Source: Candidatus Latescibacterota bacterium (lineage in GTDB: Bacteria; Latescibacterota; UBA2968; GCA-2709665). From it: 64,000 nucleotides of DNA. The stretch covers positions 1,632,001 to 1,696,000 of the forward strand of contig OZ241917.1 of the NCBI GenBank assembly GCA_965203805.1. The letters run 5' to 3'. The notes below the pieces were generated by a model. It saw only the letters and a list, made by a program, of their open reading frames with translations, searched no databases and was not told where the DNA came from. A program made the position numbers and the translations under genes. How positions within the stretch are numbered: the stretch's first letter is position 1; each line of letters begins with the position of its first letter. Shown here piece by piece: positions 30,731-40,628 of this stretch.

Positions 30731-31000
30731 GAACGGTCGTCAGTGGGCACCTCACTTCGTCCTGACAAGCCTGTCACTGGTGCTTCGTCCCGCGTCCCGC
30801 GAACTTTCTCCTGTTTAGTTTCTTCGCACAACTATTGCCTATACGGAAAAATCGCGGGATATCTCAGTCGTGGTCGCAGAAACTCCACACATCGAATTCG
30901 CAATGTGAAATATCCAACACGTAACAGAATTAAGAAAAAGTGTACGAAATTTGCCTGGCGGCCAGGACGGCCGCCGGTTTTGTCTTGGGCGCGTGCTTTC

Positions 31001-31087
31001 CGTTAACGTCTTAGCGCTTGCGACAGGCGCGTAGCGCCTGTGGGTTGGGTAGTGGTGAGGGGTGAGTTCGCAAGCGCGTTGTTACCT
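31001..31087 (-). repeat. attC-like site
   Basis: CGTTAAC..gcgcttgcga..tcgcaagcgc..GTTACCT. Confidence 0.8.
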
Positions 31088-31342
31088 GCTGTTGGACCCC
31101 AAGGCGGAGGCAGGAAGCCGACGCCGCGCTTGTCAGCTATTCAGACCCACCCTGAGATCTGGCATAATCTCTCTCAACAGCTTCGCCGATCGACCAGAAT
31201 CTGTTTGTCTTTATTTCGTCGATGGCCTTCATATACAGGAGCGGATTACAAACTGGATCACGACACGTTACGCCCACCGGTTTTCCATCCGCATCGGCCC
31301 AACCCTTTACGGCGACGATCTGAGCTTTCTTTACTTCGACTA

Positions 31343-32494
31343 GTACCCAATGACGGCTAAAGAGCCTCGTGGTCTGGATACAGTTTTTTCAGTTTGATGC
31401 GAGCATCGTTGGTCGTGAACCGCCAATTGACAGCCTTGCTTTTGTTGTTGCGGTCGTTTGTCCAGGCGGAGACCTGCTCTTTGAGGGATTCGATATCGGG
31501 GATGCGTTCCTTCAAGCATTGGTTGCTCAAGACGCTCATTTCGATCTCGGCAATGTTGAGCCCTGCCTGCGGCAGGCAGGCGGGCGTGTGCGTGTTGAGG
31601 TTATCACACACCAACACGACGGTTTCAGCTTTTGGGTAGTCCGTATTCAGGAGATCCTTGATCTCCTGGGCCCAGTCCACTGCGGTCTTGCGTTGTCTTA
31701 CACACACCTTGCGCCAGCCCGAAAGCGGTTCGGTGAACATGAAGTTCACGGCGGTTCCGTTCCGTTCATACTCGTAGTCGTAGCGTTCAGGTTGGCCCCG
31801 ACGTGTTGTGAGGGGAACACGCGTCTCCTTGACCAACTGCACCGGGTGTTCGTCCATATTGACCACGGGCCTCAAGGCGTCGTAGGGCCGCTGATAGACG
31901 TCCAAAATATCCTCCATCGCGGCGACAAACGCGGCGTTCTGCTTGGGCGGAATCACCCAGCACCTTCTCAGGTGAGGCTTAAGTTGGTTTTTTTAGCGTC
32001 CGTTGCACCGTTCGATAGGAGATGCTATCGACGATCTCCAAAGCCACGAGTTCATCGGCTAAAAGCTTCAGCGTCCACCGCTTACGTCCCTTTGGAGGTT
32101 TACTGCAAGCCAACGCGATCAATCGGGCTTCCTTGGCGCCATCGAGCTTTCTTGGTGTGGGAGGATGCGCGCGCTTCTTTCGCTCGAGGGCTGAATCCAG
32201 GCCCTCCATCACATAACGCTTCCGGATGCCCTCAACCGTTGACCGATTGAACGAAAAGGCCTCCGTGATCTGTCGATCCAACCAGGACGGACCCTCTGCA
32301 TCGGCCTTGAGAAGCACGTGGGCGTGCCTGATTCGGAAGGCTTGTGTCTTGCCTTTGCTTACCAGATCCTGCAGTTGCTCGCGTTCTTCGGGACTCAGAC
32401 GGACAATGTATTTCTTCGGCATGCCGATGGCTCCTTTGTCTTCAGGGGAGACATCGAACTATAAGCACGTGCAGTCTTAGAAGTCAATAGGTAC
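31343..32494 (-). mobile_element. IS630-family element; transposase in two ORFs (31979..32422, 31357..31956), internally deleted
   Basis: TA flanks; TIR GTACCCAATGAC/GTACCTATTGAC; A7 slippery site; DYEYERNGT, DNLNTH, LNIAEIE. Confidence 0.88.
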
Positions 32495-32712
32495 TAGTCG
32501 GACCCGATAGTTGCGTGCCAAGTGTCGCGATTTTCCCAATGTTGGAGAGCAAGGTAGGACCGAGTACCCGCGATACGCAGCAATCCTAACCCAAGGCAGC
32601 CTGGCAGTCTCTCGAAGTGGGGAACGATCTCCTCACGGACGAGGTTGATTAGTTCCGACTCTTGTTGCCCGTCTTTCAGAGCCCAACGTTTGAAAGTGAT
32701 GAATTCAGACAT
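32494..32712 (-). pseudogene. ABM/dimeric alpha-beta barrel-like protein truncated by IS630
   Basis: 72-aa ORF stops at the IS junction. Confidence 0.5.
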
Positions 32713-32740
32713 GGATGGGTAGGCGTGGTTTTAGAGTGGC

Positions 32741-32887
32741 GGCTAACGTTCTTCAGGTTTACGACGCCCGCTGTCCCGAAGGGCTGGCGCGGCGTTTGCG
32801 CTTCTCAGCAAACGACGTGACAGAAGCGGGTGTGCCCGAAGGGCCAAGCGGAACGAAGTGGAGCGCAGCGTAAACCTGATGTTAACC
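32741..32887 (-). repeat. attC-like site (long type)
   Basis: GGCTAAC..tcaggtttacg..cgtaaacctga..GTTAACC. Confidence 0.85.
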
Positions 32888-32988
32888 GATGGCGACGCGG
32901 CCCCCTTCAGGGCGAAGCCCTCAACGGGGCCAACATACAGCGCACACTGTGACTCGGTTATACTGCCAAGGATTACGTCGTTCAATTG

Positions 32989-33918
32989 CTAACCGATATG
33001 AGTTCTAAACCAAGAGGGCGGTCCGTTCCCTCTAAAGTCATGCGAATCTATAGTCTCGGCGATACGTCGTTGCCACCAAACCAGCTGATCATGATATAAC
33101 AGATGCGCTCCCAGCAGACTTGCATGCTGATTCAAGGCCACAAACAGGTTATACCGCTGCCAGAAGGATGAGGAAATCGTTCCATCGCAGTATCCCGATA
33201 TTTGTCCACACGCAAAAGGAATACTGACTGGACACGTATATTTCGGTAGTTTGAAAAAGTCTTCAATGGGATCACCCCAGTCGCATCGATTAAAGTCAAT
33301 AACGTGTAGCTTACCGCCTTGGTCTATAATTATATTACCCGGATGGAAATCGTCATGCTGAAATCGAACAGGGCTTTCGTTAAGCATGATCAAGTGTTCC
33401 TCGATGTAGCGCTCGATTTCCTCCTGCTTGTAGAAGTGTAGGCCCTGATCGCGAGTCTCCTCAACCTTCCGTCTATACTTGGCTATTCTCCGTTTCGGCC
33501 AGTTATAGTCTGGATCTGGACAGGGTAAACTATGCAATTGCCGTAAAACTTGGCTAGCTTGCCATCCATGTTTGAACTGCTCAGACTCCGATAGCTGGGG
33601 GAGTAACTCCTCGGCACAGGTGCCGGGCAAATACGACACAACGGTAAAGCAATGCATATCATCCCGAGTAGTACCCCAGCAGATTGGTTTCGAACAAGGA
33701 ACCTTACGAGCATAGTGCAACTTCAAGAGATCGAATTCTCGTTGCCGTTTCTCTTTGAGCTTCAATGGACTAATCCGCAAGAGGAAGCATGGTCGTTCGA
33801 ATTCCCATAGAATGTATTTCTTATCTGGTGAAAATCCCCTTTTGAGAAACTCAACCCGATCGACTGATTTGAGCTGGGGGGTGATTGCGATAACTTCGTC
33901 GATGACTGATTGATGCAT
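32989..33918 (-). CDS. Aminoglycoside phosphotransferase-family protein
   Basis: QHDDFHPGN, VIDFNR..GDP; cassette ends gttaaccga/tcggttaac. Confidence 0.85.
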   Translation of the reverse strand: MHQSVIDEVIAITPQLKSVDRVEFLKRGFSPDKKYILWEFERPCFLLRISPLKLKEKRQREFDLLKLHYARKVPCSKPICWGTTRDDMHCFTVVSYLPGTCAEELLPQLSESEQFKHGWQASQVLRQLHSLPCPDPDYNWPKRRIAKYRRKVEETRDQGLHFYKQEEIERYIEEHLIMLNESPVRFQHDDFHPGNIIIDQGGKLHVIDFNRCDWGDPIEDFFKLPKYTCPVSIPFACGQISGYCDGTISSSFWQRYNLFVALNQHASLLGAHLLYHDQLVWWQRRIAETIDSHDFRGNGPPSWFRTHIG

Positions 33919-34002
33919 TATCTAAGACCTCCTCGCTGTCAAGATGGCCTGCTTGTGCGCGATTACCGGGGTGGGGCGGTTGGGTCATCCTGCGCCGCTT
34001 TC

Positions 34003-34133
34003 GGTTAACGTCCTCACAATTGCCGAAGACGCCCTGTTTTTTTAGGGCGGCTTGGGTGAACATTGGCAGCCTTTTTGCGCCTTTGTCTTCTGCAAAACGG
34101 ATGACAATGTGAACTGGCAATTGTGTGTTACAC
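34003..34133 (-). repeat. attC-like site
   Basis: GGTTAAC..cacaattgcc..ggcaattgtg..GTTACAC. Confidence 0.85.
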
Positions 34134-34213
34134 GATGGCGGCCCTCCCCAATAGAGGCGAAGCCTACAAAGGGGAAGAATAAAGCGCGCATCTTCACAGT
34201 CTGGGTTTTGATC

Positions 34214-35023
34214 TTATGCCAACTTTTTCCCAATGTACAGAATGTGGGGAGACAGGTCCACAATTGCAGGCTCTGAAGCCGTCTTCAAGGTAAGATCCAT
34301 CCAACGTTGCCATCGGGCCTCATCGTTTCTGAGTTGATTGCAGGCTTCTTCCAGCCCTCCTGATAATCCCCCACATCCTGCCATTCCAACACTCACCAAC
34401 CCCGATGATTCTGCCAGTGCTCGAATTTCATCCGCCCGAAAAAAATGAACTGGAACGCCTCCTACCAGAATATCACCTTGCTTAACCAGTTCATCAAAGG
34501 ATGAGTCCAGAAGTCGCTCTTGAAAGTATTTAAACATATGTCGAAGCACAGCGAAATAACCACGCACCCCAAGGTATACAATGCCTTGAGTTTTGGTTAT
34601 CCGATTCAATTCCGAAACGACACTTCCTCTCTCCCCACTATCACAAATATAAGAAAGGGGATCAAGGCATAAAACAGCATCAAAATGGTTGGATTCAAAG
34701 CAAGACAGGTCCCGCACATCACCTACAATAAAATCCAACAGCCTATCTCGAACCTTCACTGGTTCTGATTGAACCTCGGATTTCGCCAGTTCTACGCATC
34801 CTTCAGAAATATCTAGAAGGACAACCTCATATCCTCGACGGCATAACTCAATCGAATAACGCCCAGGTCCTCCTCCTGCATCCAGTACTTTGCCAGTATC
34901 AGGAAGATACTTCAGAAGATGGTGCATTGTGACGTGGAACTCAATGGATTGAAAAGGCGTCTCTTCTAAACGTCTCCATTCTCCATGGGGATTCTCGTTA
35001 TAGATTTGGGCAACCGACTTCAT
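34214..35023 (-). CDS. Class I SAM-dependent methyltransferase
   Basis: VLDAGGGPGRY. Confidence 0.85.
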   Translation of the reverse strand: MKSVAQIYNENPHGEWRRLEETPFQSIEFHVTMHHLLKYLPDTGKVLDAGGGPGRYSIELCRRGYEVVLLDISEGCVELAKSEVQSEPVKVRDRLLDFIVGDVRDLSCFESNHFDAVLCLDPLSYICDSGERGSVVSELNRITKTQGIVYLGVRGYFAVLRHMFKYFQERLLDSSFDELVKQGDILVGGVPVHFFRADEIRALAESSGLVSVGMAGCGGLSGGLEEACNQLRNDEARWQRWMDLTLKTASEPAIVDLSPHILYIGKKLA

Positions 35024-35116
35024 GATAGGTACTCAATAGTGAAGGGCTATTGCATGGTCTCACGGATGTACCGGGTTTTGCGCGCTTTCAGGTTCTTTTT
35101 TTTGGGGGCCGCTTTC

Positions 35117-35200
35117 GTGTAACGTTCTCGCCGTGCCCGAACCGCGTAGCGGTTGCGCGAAGGGCCGAATGGCCCGAAGCCGGGCACGGACGTGTTATCT
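35117..35200 (-). repeat. attC-like site
   Basis: GTGTAAC..ccgtgcccg..cgggcacgg..GTTATCT. Confidence 0.88.
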
Positions 35201-35944
35201 GACGTGCGACGCGTCTGGTGTGATAGCCTGCGATCTTTGCGACCTGACCCACTGAGCAAGCAAGACAGGCAGGAAGCCATTCAGCCGACGCATCACATCC
35301 CTGGAATTCTCCACAAACACATCCCCGTGGCCGCCATAGGCATCGCCACCGTCCGGACCGACGAGATCCGTCACCCCACGTACGATGACGCAAGCAACGT
35401 CATTCCTGGAAGCGACCCATGCGATCGCGCCCGACTCCCAATCTGCGACAACCGCACCGTACCGGGCTCTCAAGTCCGCAAGATCATCAATGATCAGGTC
35501 TCGGTCCGCTGACAGCAACAGACTCCGAAACTCTCGGTCGTTCATGGGCTCCTGCATCCAGCTCAGGTCAAGCTCTGTGCGGTAAAAGTCAATCGCCTCG
35601 GCCGGATCCAACATCTGCTCCACGATGTCATACACCACGGTGGAAGTGGCGACGACGAACATCCCCTTCTCAACGTAGCCCTTGAATCCACCACAAGTGC
35701 CCAAGTTGATGATCAAGGCAGGCTTCCACCGATCCAGAACGTACTGCGTCGAGGCGGCGGCTGAAATCTTGCCCCAACCGCCCTGGAAGAAGACGAGAGG
35801 AATACTTCTGCCTCCCAAAGTAACCTCATGGCGAAACCACTCGCCAAAGGGCGACTGTGAGCAAATCGTGTTAGGATACAAGCTCCGCACAGCGACCCAC
35901 TCCGTATCAGCAGAAACAAGAACGATTACTTCACCCTCGGGCAT
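35195..35944 (-). CDS. MTA/SAH nucleosidase (PNP_UDP family)-like
   Basis: GWGKISAA, INLGTCGG, ADWESGAIA, RGVTD; stop in inverse core. Confidence 0.8.
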   Translation of the reverse strand: MPEGEVIVLVSADTEWVAVRSLYPNTICSQSPFGEWFRHEVTLGGRSIPLVFFQGGWGKISAAASTQYVLDRWKPALIINLGTCGGFKGYVEKGMFVVATSTVVYDIVEQMLDPAEAIDFYRTELDLSWMQEPMNDREFRSLLLSADRDLIIDDLADLRARYGAVVADWESGAIAWVASRNDVACVIVRGVTDLVGPDGGDAYGGHGDVFVENSRDVMRRLNGFLPVLLAQWVRSQRSQAITPDASHVR

Positions 35945-36018
35945 AGTGTCTCCTGCAAGAGCGACCCCAATAGGGTGCCCGAGCAACACGGCTCAGTCTT
36001 CTTTTGATTCCGCATGTC

Positions 36019-36102
36019 AGATAACGTTCCCGCCGTGCTCGAACCGCGAAGCGGTTGCGCGAAGGGCGAATTGGCCCGTAGCCGGGCACGGTCGTGTTAA
36101 GA
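36019..36102 (-). repeat. attC-like site
   Basis: AGATAAC...GTTAAGA. Confidence 0.88.
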
Positions 36103-36822
36103 GAAGTGCGTCCAAGCCAATTTTTCGAGAACTTGCTTCAAATCAAACAAGGATCGGATAACGATTCCCGAGCTCACATGCACTTGACCGATTCGGTCGA
36201 TGAGCACGGGAATCATGTTCGCCCGTCTCGCCCCCAGACAGTCCCAAGTTGGATTGTCTCCGACAAACAGGCACTCTTCTGGTCTACATCCGAAATGACC
36301 TAATGCGCGACAAAACATAGGTTGGGCAGGCTTACGCCATCCTACATCTGAACAAAAAATAGCCACCTCGCATCGCTCCGATAGGCCATGTCGCTGCAGT
36401 TCTTCAAACCAAGGCTCGCTCGGTGCACCCCAAGGGCAGTTTGACAGGATTCCTATTCGGCAGCCATCCGACAGGAGCGCATCCAGAGCCGGAAGGGTGT
36501 CTTCATAGATCTTGGCAACAGAAAAGATTGGGCCGAGGAAGGCGCGACAGATCGGAAGCCACTCTTCCTCTGAAACGCCGCCTGCGACCGCGAAAATCCG
36601 ACCAAGCCTCTTGTGGAGTGGGCGAACGCGACTGTTCTTGGCTTCGTAGTTCTCCGCTGCGACACGACGCGCGATCTCAGAATCCGAAGGCAAGTCGTGT
36701 CCTGAACGACCCAATGCCTCTTTGGCTGCCTGAATCCCTTCCCGAAGCAATGGAGGAAACGCTTCCCTGCGATAGTACTGGACAAGGGTGTCGCCAAGGT
36801 CAAACAGCAGAACTGGTCTCAA
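36097..36822 (-). CDS. HAD family hydrolase
   Basis: FDLGDTL, LSN, KP, VGDN; stop in inverse core. Confidence 0.85.
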   Translation of the reverse strand: MRPVLLFDLGDTLVQYYRREAFPPLLREGIQAAKEALGRSGHDLPSDSEIARRVAAENYEAKNSRVRPLHKRLGRIFAVAGGVSEEEWLPICRAFLGPIFSVAKIYEDTLPALDALLSDGCRIGILSNCPWGAPSEPWFEELQRHGLSERCEVAIFCSDVGWRKPAQPMFCRALGHFGCRPEECLFVGDNPTWDCLGARRANMIPVLIDRIGQVHVSSGIVIRSLFDLKQVLEKLAWTHFS

Positions 36823-36856
36823 ACCTGAAAGTCCTATTCGAATCTTGAAGCATTTC

Positions 36857-36942
36857 TCTTAACGTTCCCGCCGTGCACGAACTGCTGAAGGCAGTTGCGC
36901 GAAGGGCCGAATGGCCCGGAGCCGTGCACGGACGTGTTATAG
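36857..36942 (-). repeat. attC-like site
   Basis: TCTTAAC..ccgtgcacg..cgtgcacgg..GTTATAG. Confidence 0.88.
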
Positions 36943-37009
36943 GCTGTGCCTGGTTGGGGTTAACAGAAGCCAATCGCTCCAAACTATAAATTTCTCCGGG
37001 ACGTCCCAT

Positions 37010-37465
37010 TCAGTAATTAGCCTTTCCTCTGACCGTCCTGACCCGATTGAAGAGATGAGGCTGTATCTGTGGGTACGTCAGGTCTTCAGGAAGGTCCGAA
37101 AGAAAGGCAAGCTCTTGGATCTCGGATTGCAATTTCTCCGCCATTTCCGTCACCCTAGCGTAGTAGAGTCTCCCGTATTGGATGTTCCCGTCACGTTCCA
37201 CCGAGTACGTGCAGACCTCCCGAATCTCTGTGGCACGCGCTCCGGTTTCCTCGCGCAGTTCCCTCGTAGCAGCCGCCAAAGGTGTTTCCCCCGGCTCAAT
37301 GTGTCCACCAGGGATCTCCCAGCTTTCACGATCTCTATGTCTGCAAAAGATCCACCTTCCCCGAGTTTGCGCGGCAATCACCACGTAGGTTAGATTAGTA
37401 TCTGGGATGCTCTCCGAACTGTGGAACGAGACAGTCATTTGTTGATGTACCAACATTTCAGGCAT
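37010..37465 (-). CDS. NUDIX hydrolase
   Basis: [24 protein letters not shown]. Confidence 0.85.
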   Translation of the reverse strand: MPEMLVHQQMTVSFHSSESIPDTNLTYVVIAAQTRGRWIFCRHRDRESWEIPGGHIEPGETPLAAATRELREETGARATEIREVCTYSVERDGNIQYGRLYYARVTEMAEKLQSEIQELAFLSDLPEDLTYPQIQPHLFNRVRTVRGKANY

Positions 37466-37468
37466 TGC

Positions 37469-37555
37469 CTATAACGTTCTCGCGGGCTGCGAACCTGCGA
37501 AGCAGGTTGGGTCGGAGGCGCGAATGCGCCGCAGCCGCAGCCCGTCGTGTTATGT
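37469..37555 (-). repeat. attC-like site
   Basis: CTATAAC..cgggctgcg..cgcagcccg..GTTATGT. Confidence 0.88.
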
Positions 37556-37632
37556 GCAGTTGCAGCCCCGGTTACCGTCGGCCTTGCCACGGATGGCAAG
37601 GCCGAAAATGGACTGATACCTCAGAAATTCAA

Positions 37633-38406
37633 TCATGCTTTCTTCCTGCGAAATGCCAAAGCCGTTTCGTAGTGCTTGGTAATCGATCCTCCGTAGTTCC
37701 TGCCTATCAGGTCAGCGATACCGTCAAATAGGAGCGCGCGATTGTACTCGGGCAGCGCGATGTGGTCAGAGTAGGTTCCAAGGAGTTTGATGTACTGTTC
37801 CGCAGAGTAGTTTGCGCTCCAGGGATACACTCGGTGGATAGGATCGGAAAAAGCAGTAGTTCCGGGTTCCGGAGACTCTGACCTCGTCGGAGTACTGGGA
37901 TCCTGAGGGGAATCTGAAACTACATAATGCTTGGCATAAACTCCCTGGACTTCAGCAAAGAAACCTTCGTCTTTTCTTACATGTTGGTTAGAGAAGATGG
38001 CCAATGATCCCCTGGCCTTCAGGGTGTCACGGGCTCTGATGAATCTGACTCTTGGACTCACCCAGCGGAATGCAGTCGCGGAGATCACAAGGTCAAACTT
38101 GCTAGTCGAGTCCCAATCTTCGAAAGCACACAGGACGAAGCGAACGTTCTTGTAGTTGTTGAGTCGCGCCCTCGCAACCTCGATCAAATCGTGGCCAATA
38201 TCCAAACAGGTCATTTCGCAACCGAGGGTGGCAAATAATCTCGAAGCCTGTCCGGTTCCACATCCGACTTCCAGGATTTTTCCGCTTCTGTCCATTCCGG
38301 AGAGGTCCAAGACATCCCTGACAAGCTCATCAGGGTATCCGGGCCTCACTTCGTCATAGAGCGAGGCAATGGCATTGAAAGTGGTTTTGAGATCAGGGCG
38401 GGGCAC
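37633..38406 (-). CDS. Class I SAM-dependent methyltransferase (paralogue of 5264..6037)
   Basis: ILEVGCGTG; same length as first copy. Confidence 0.85.
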   Translation of the reverse strand: MPRPDLKTTFNAIASLYDEVRPGYPDELVRDVLDLSGMDRSGKILEVGCGTGQASRLFATLGCEMTCLDIGHDLIEVARARLNNYKNVRFVLCAFEDWDSTSKFDLVISATAFRWVSPRVRFIRARDTLKARGSLAIFSNQHVRKDEGFFAEVQGVYAKHYVVSDSPQDPSTPTRSESPEPGTTAFSDPIHRVYPWSANYSAEQYIKLLGTYSDHIALPEYNRALLFDGIADLIGRNYGGSITKHYETALAFRRKKA

Positions 38407-38469
38407 TGGAAATTTCCATGATTTGGGCTTAGGCGGCGCGGGGAGGCGTCGCTCTGGGACTGCAATTTC

Positions 38470-38556
38470 ACATAACGTTCTCGCGGGCTGCGAACCTGCG
38501 AAGCAGGTTGGTGCGAAGGGGCGAAAGCCCAGAAGCCGCAGCCCGACGTGTTATAT
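38470..38556 (-). repeat. attC-like site
   Basis: ACATAAC..cgggctgcg..cgcagcccg..GTTATAT. Confidence 0.88.
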
Positions 38557-38571
38557 GCTGCCGTGGTCGTC

Positions 38572-39384
38572 TCAGTCCTTTGGCTTTTCACCTATGTAGA
38601 GTATGTGTCGAGAGGAAGCTACCATGCTTTGCTCTCCACTGATTTCGAATAGAAGGTTCAACCAAAGTTCTCTTTGCTTTCCCTCAAGTTTGTTGTAGCT
38701 CTCGTCGTCTGCAGAGATGGCTGGCTCGACGCCGGCGATCTTGAGTGTGCGGAATCCGACCGTCTCGTGCATGGGGGCCACCTCATTAAGACGTACGAAG
38801 TGACCTCGAAATCCCCCTTTTGGCGCACCGGCGGGGCGGCGGCCGTGCTGGACGAGTGACCTAACGTAATCCTGGTCCTCAATCCAGGAGGGATTCTCTA
38901 TGATAAGATTGCCGAGAACACCCAACCGAGAAAGCAGTGCTGAGAAGATCACTCCCCCAGGTTTGACGCAGGCGTACGCAGACTGCAAAGCTGCTGTTCG
39001 ATCAGCTTCGAGCACCAGGTGGTAGAGAGGTCCCATAAGGAGCACCGCATCGAAGTCGTGAAGCGGTACACCATCCAGCTTTCGGGCGTCAGCCGTCCGG
39101 AAGTCAATCTGACCAGATAGGCCGAGTTCTTCCGCCTTCGCATTGCAACGGGTAACATATTCATCAGCGAGATCGACAGCCGTTATCTGGTAGCCACGCT
39201 CCGCGAGGGCAAAGGTGTAGAACCCTGTCCCGAAGCCAATCTCCAGAAGCCGGCCAGTGGGTGGAAGGTGCAGATCCAAATAGCGCCAGATGATCTCACC
39301 CTCGAGTTGGTGGCGTTGTAGTCTGGTAGCCTCAATTTCTCAACCAGCATTGTACATCTCACGTATATCAGTCAAATCATCCAC
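38572..39384 (-). pseudogene. SAM methyltransferase with in-frame TGA (39340-39342)
   Basis: MDDLTDIREMYNAG*EIEATRL...LLEIGFGTG. Confidence 0.7.
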
Positions 39385-39410
39385 GCGGTGTCCTCTTCGA
39401 CCACGGGTGC

Positions 39411-39505
39411 ATATGACGTTTCAGGATTGCAGACGCCTGCCGAAGGCAGGTGTGCCGTCAGGCCGGAGCGACTGAAGGGCGCGAAGCTGCAAACCGTTGT
39501 TATGG
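39411..39505 (-). repeat. attC-like site
   Basis: ATATGAC...GTTATGG. Confidence 0.7.
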
Positions 39506-39792
39506 GTCTGTGCCTCCCCCTTTCGTGAAGCAACGAACGTGCAGAGATTGCGCGCAAGCCTTCAGATTTCCCCCCGATGTCTCGATCGATTGAGCAATCA
39601 GCCTCAATCCGAAAAAAACAGCAACGCGGCGACGCGATAAAACCCTCCGAAACGGGGCGTTATCGACGTATAGAAGGACGTTTTTTCCCTACACGTCCAG
39701 TGACCTGATGTATCCTGGTAATCCGCCGTCTAATCGCCTTTATTTACAAGCACATATTCGAATTAATGTCCCCGAAGACTTACGAATCAAGG

Positions 39793-40476
39793 TCAGGCTT
39801 TGGTTGCAACGACCGCCAGCAGAGATGGGAGCGTGTCACCATCCAATTCGGCAACTGATTCGAGCCGCAAGTCAGCAGCGAGCAGTTTGTTGAAGAGTTC
39901 GGCAAGAGGAACGTGCCGGACACCCACCTTCGACCGAATGCCCTCACCCAATCCAGGACCTTCGAAAACTCGTGCTGTTTCCCGGTAACCCGGATGGATC
40001 TTGGCAATTCCCGTGTCTCTCTCGATGGTCGCAAATGGTCCCAGAAAACACGGATGTGTGCCCAGGATAACGAAACGCCCGTGACGATCCAGGACGCGGT
40101 GTGCTTCCGAGAAGAATGGCCCTACATCATCGAAATCAGTGAGTGTCAATACCGACACGACGCGTCGAAACGTGGCTGACGAGAAAGGCAGACTACGAGC
40201 ATTGGCTAGGACAACCCTCGGAGAGCGATCACTTGCCAGTCGAAGCTGGTCGGCTGAAAGGTCGACTCCAATCACGGACCAGCCAAGCGATTGCAGTAGC
40301 TGGAGATGCACACCTGTTCCGCAACCAATGTCCACACAGAGTCCGGAGCCGGGTCCAACCAAACGCGATAGATGAGCTGGGATGTTCTCGTAGAAAGGCA
40401 TCTTGAGATATTCATCGTACCACGTCGCCCAGCCGTCGTATCGGGCGCCATCCTGGTTGGAATTCAAGGAAGGCAT
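39793..40476 (-). CDS. Class I SAM-dependent methyltransferase
   Basis: VDIGCGTG, GVDLSADQL. Confidence 0.85.
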   Translation of the reverse strand: MPSLNSNQDGARYDGWATWYDEYLKMPFYENIPAHLSRLVGPGSGLCVDIGCGTGVHLQLLQSLGWSVIGVDLSADQLRLASDRSPRVVLANARSLPFSSATFRRVVSVLTLTDFDDVGPFFSEAHRVLDRHGRFVILGTHPCFLGPFATIERDTGIAKIHPGYRETARVFEGPGLGEGIRSKVGVRHVPLAELFNKLLAADLRLESVAELDGDTLPSLLAVVATKA

Positions 40477-40628
40477 AGTCTCCTTCGGATGAGTAGTCCG
40501 ACGACTTCCTGCCTGCTTCGCGTCGCCCTCCTCCGCCGTTATCGGCCGCTAAGATCGCCCAAAGCAGTCCCGTATGTGTGTCCATGAAGGGATCGTTCCA
40601 GTTACTGCCGCCAGGGAGACTCGACAGC

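Noticed and set aside
5063-39342. TGA recoding suggested by two in-frame TGA codons
   Set aside because: TGA terminates many intact genes here, and frameshifts and truncations are common, so pseudogenisation is simpler
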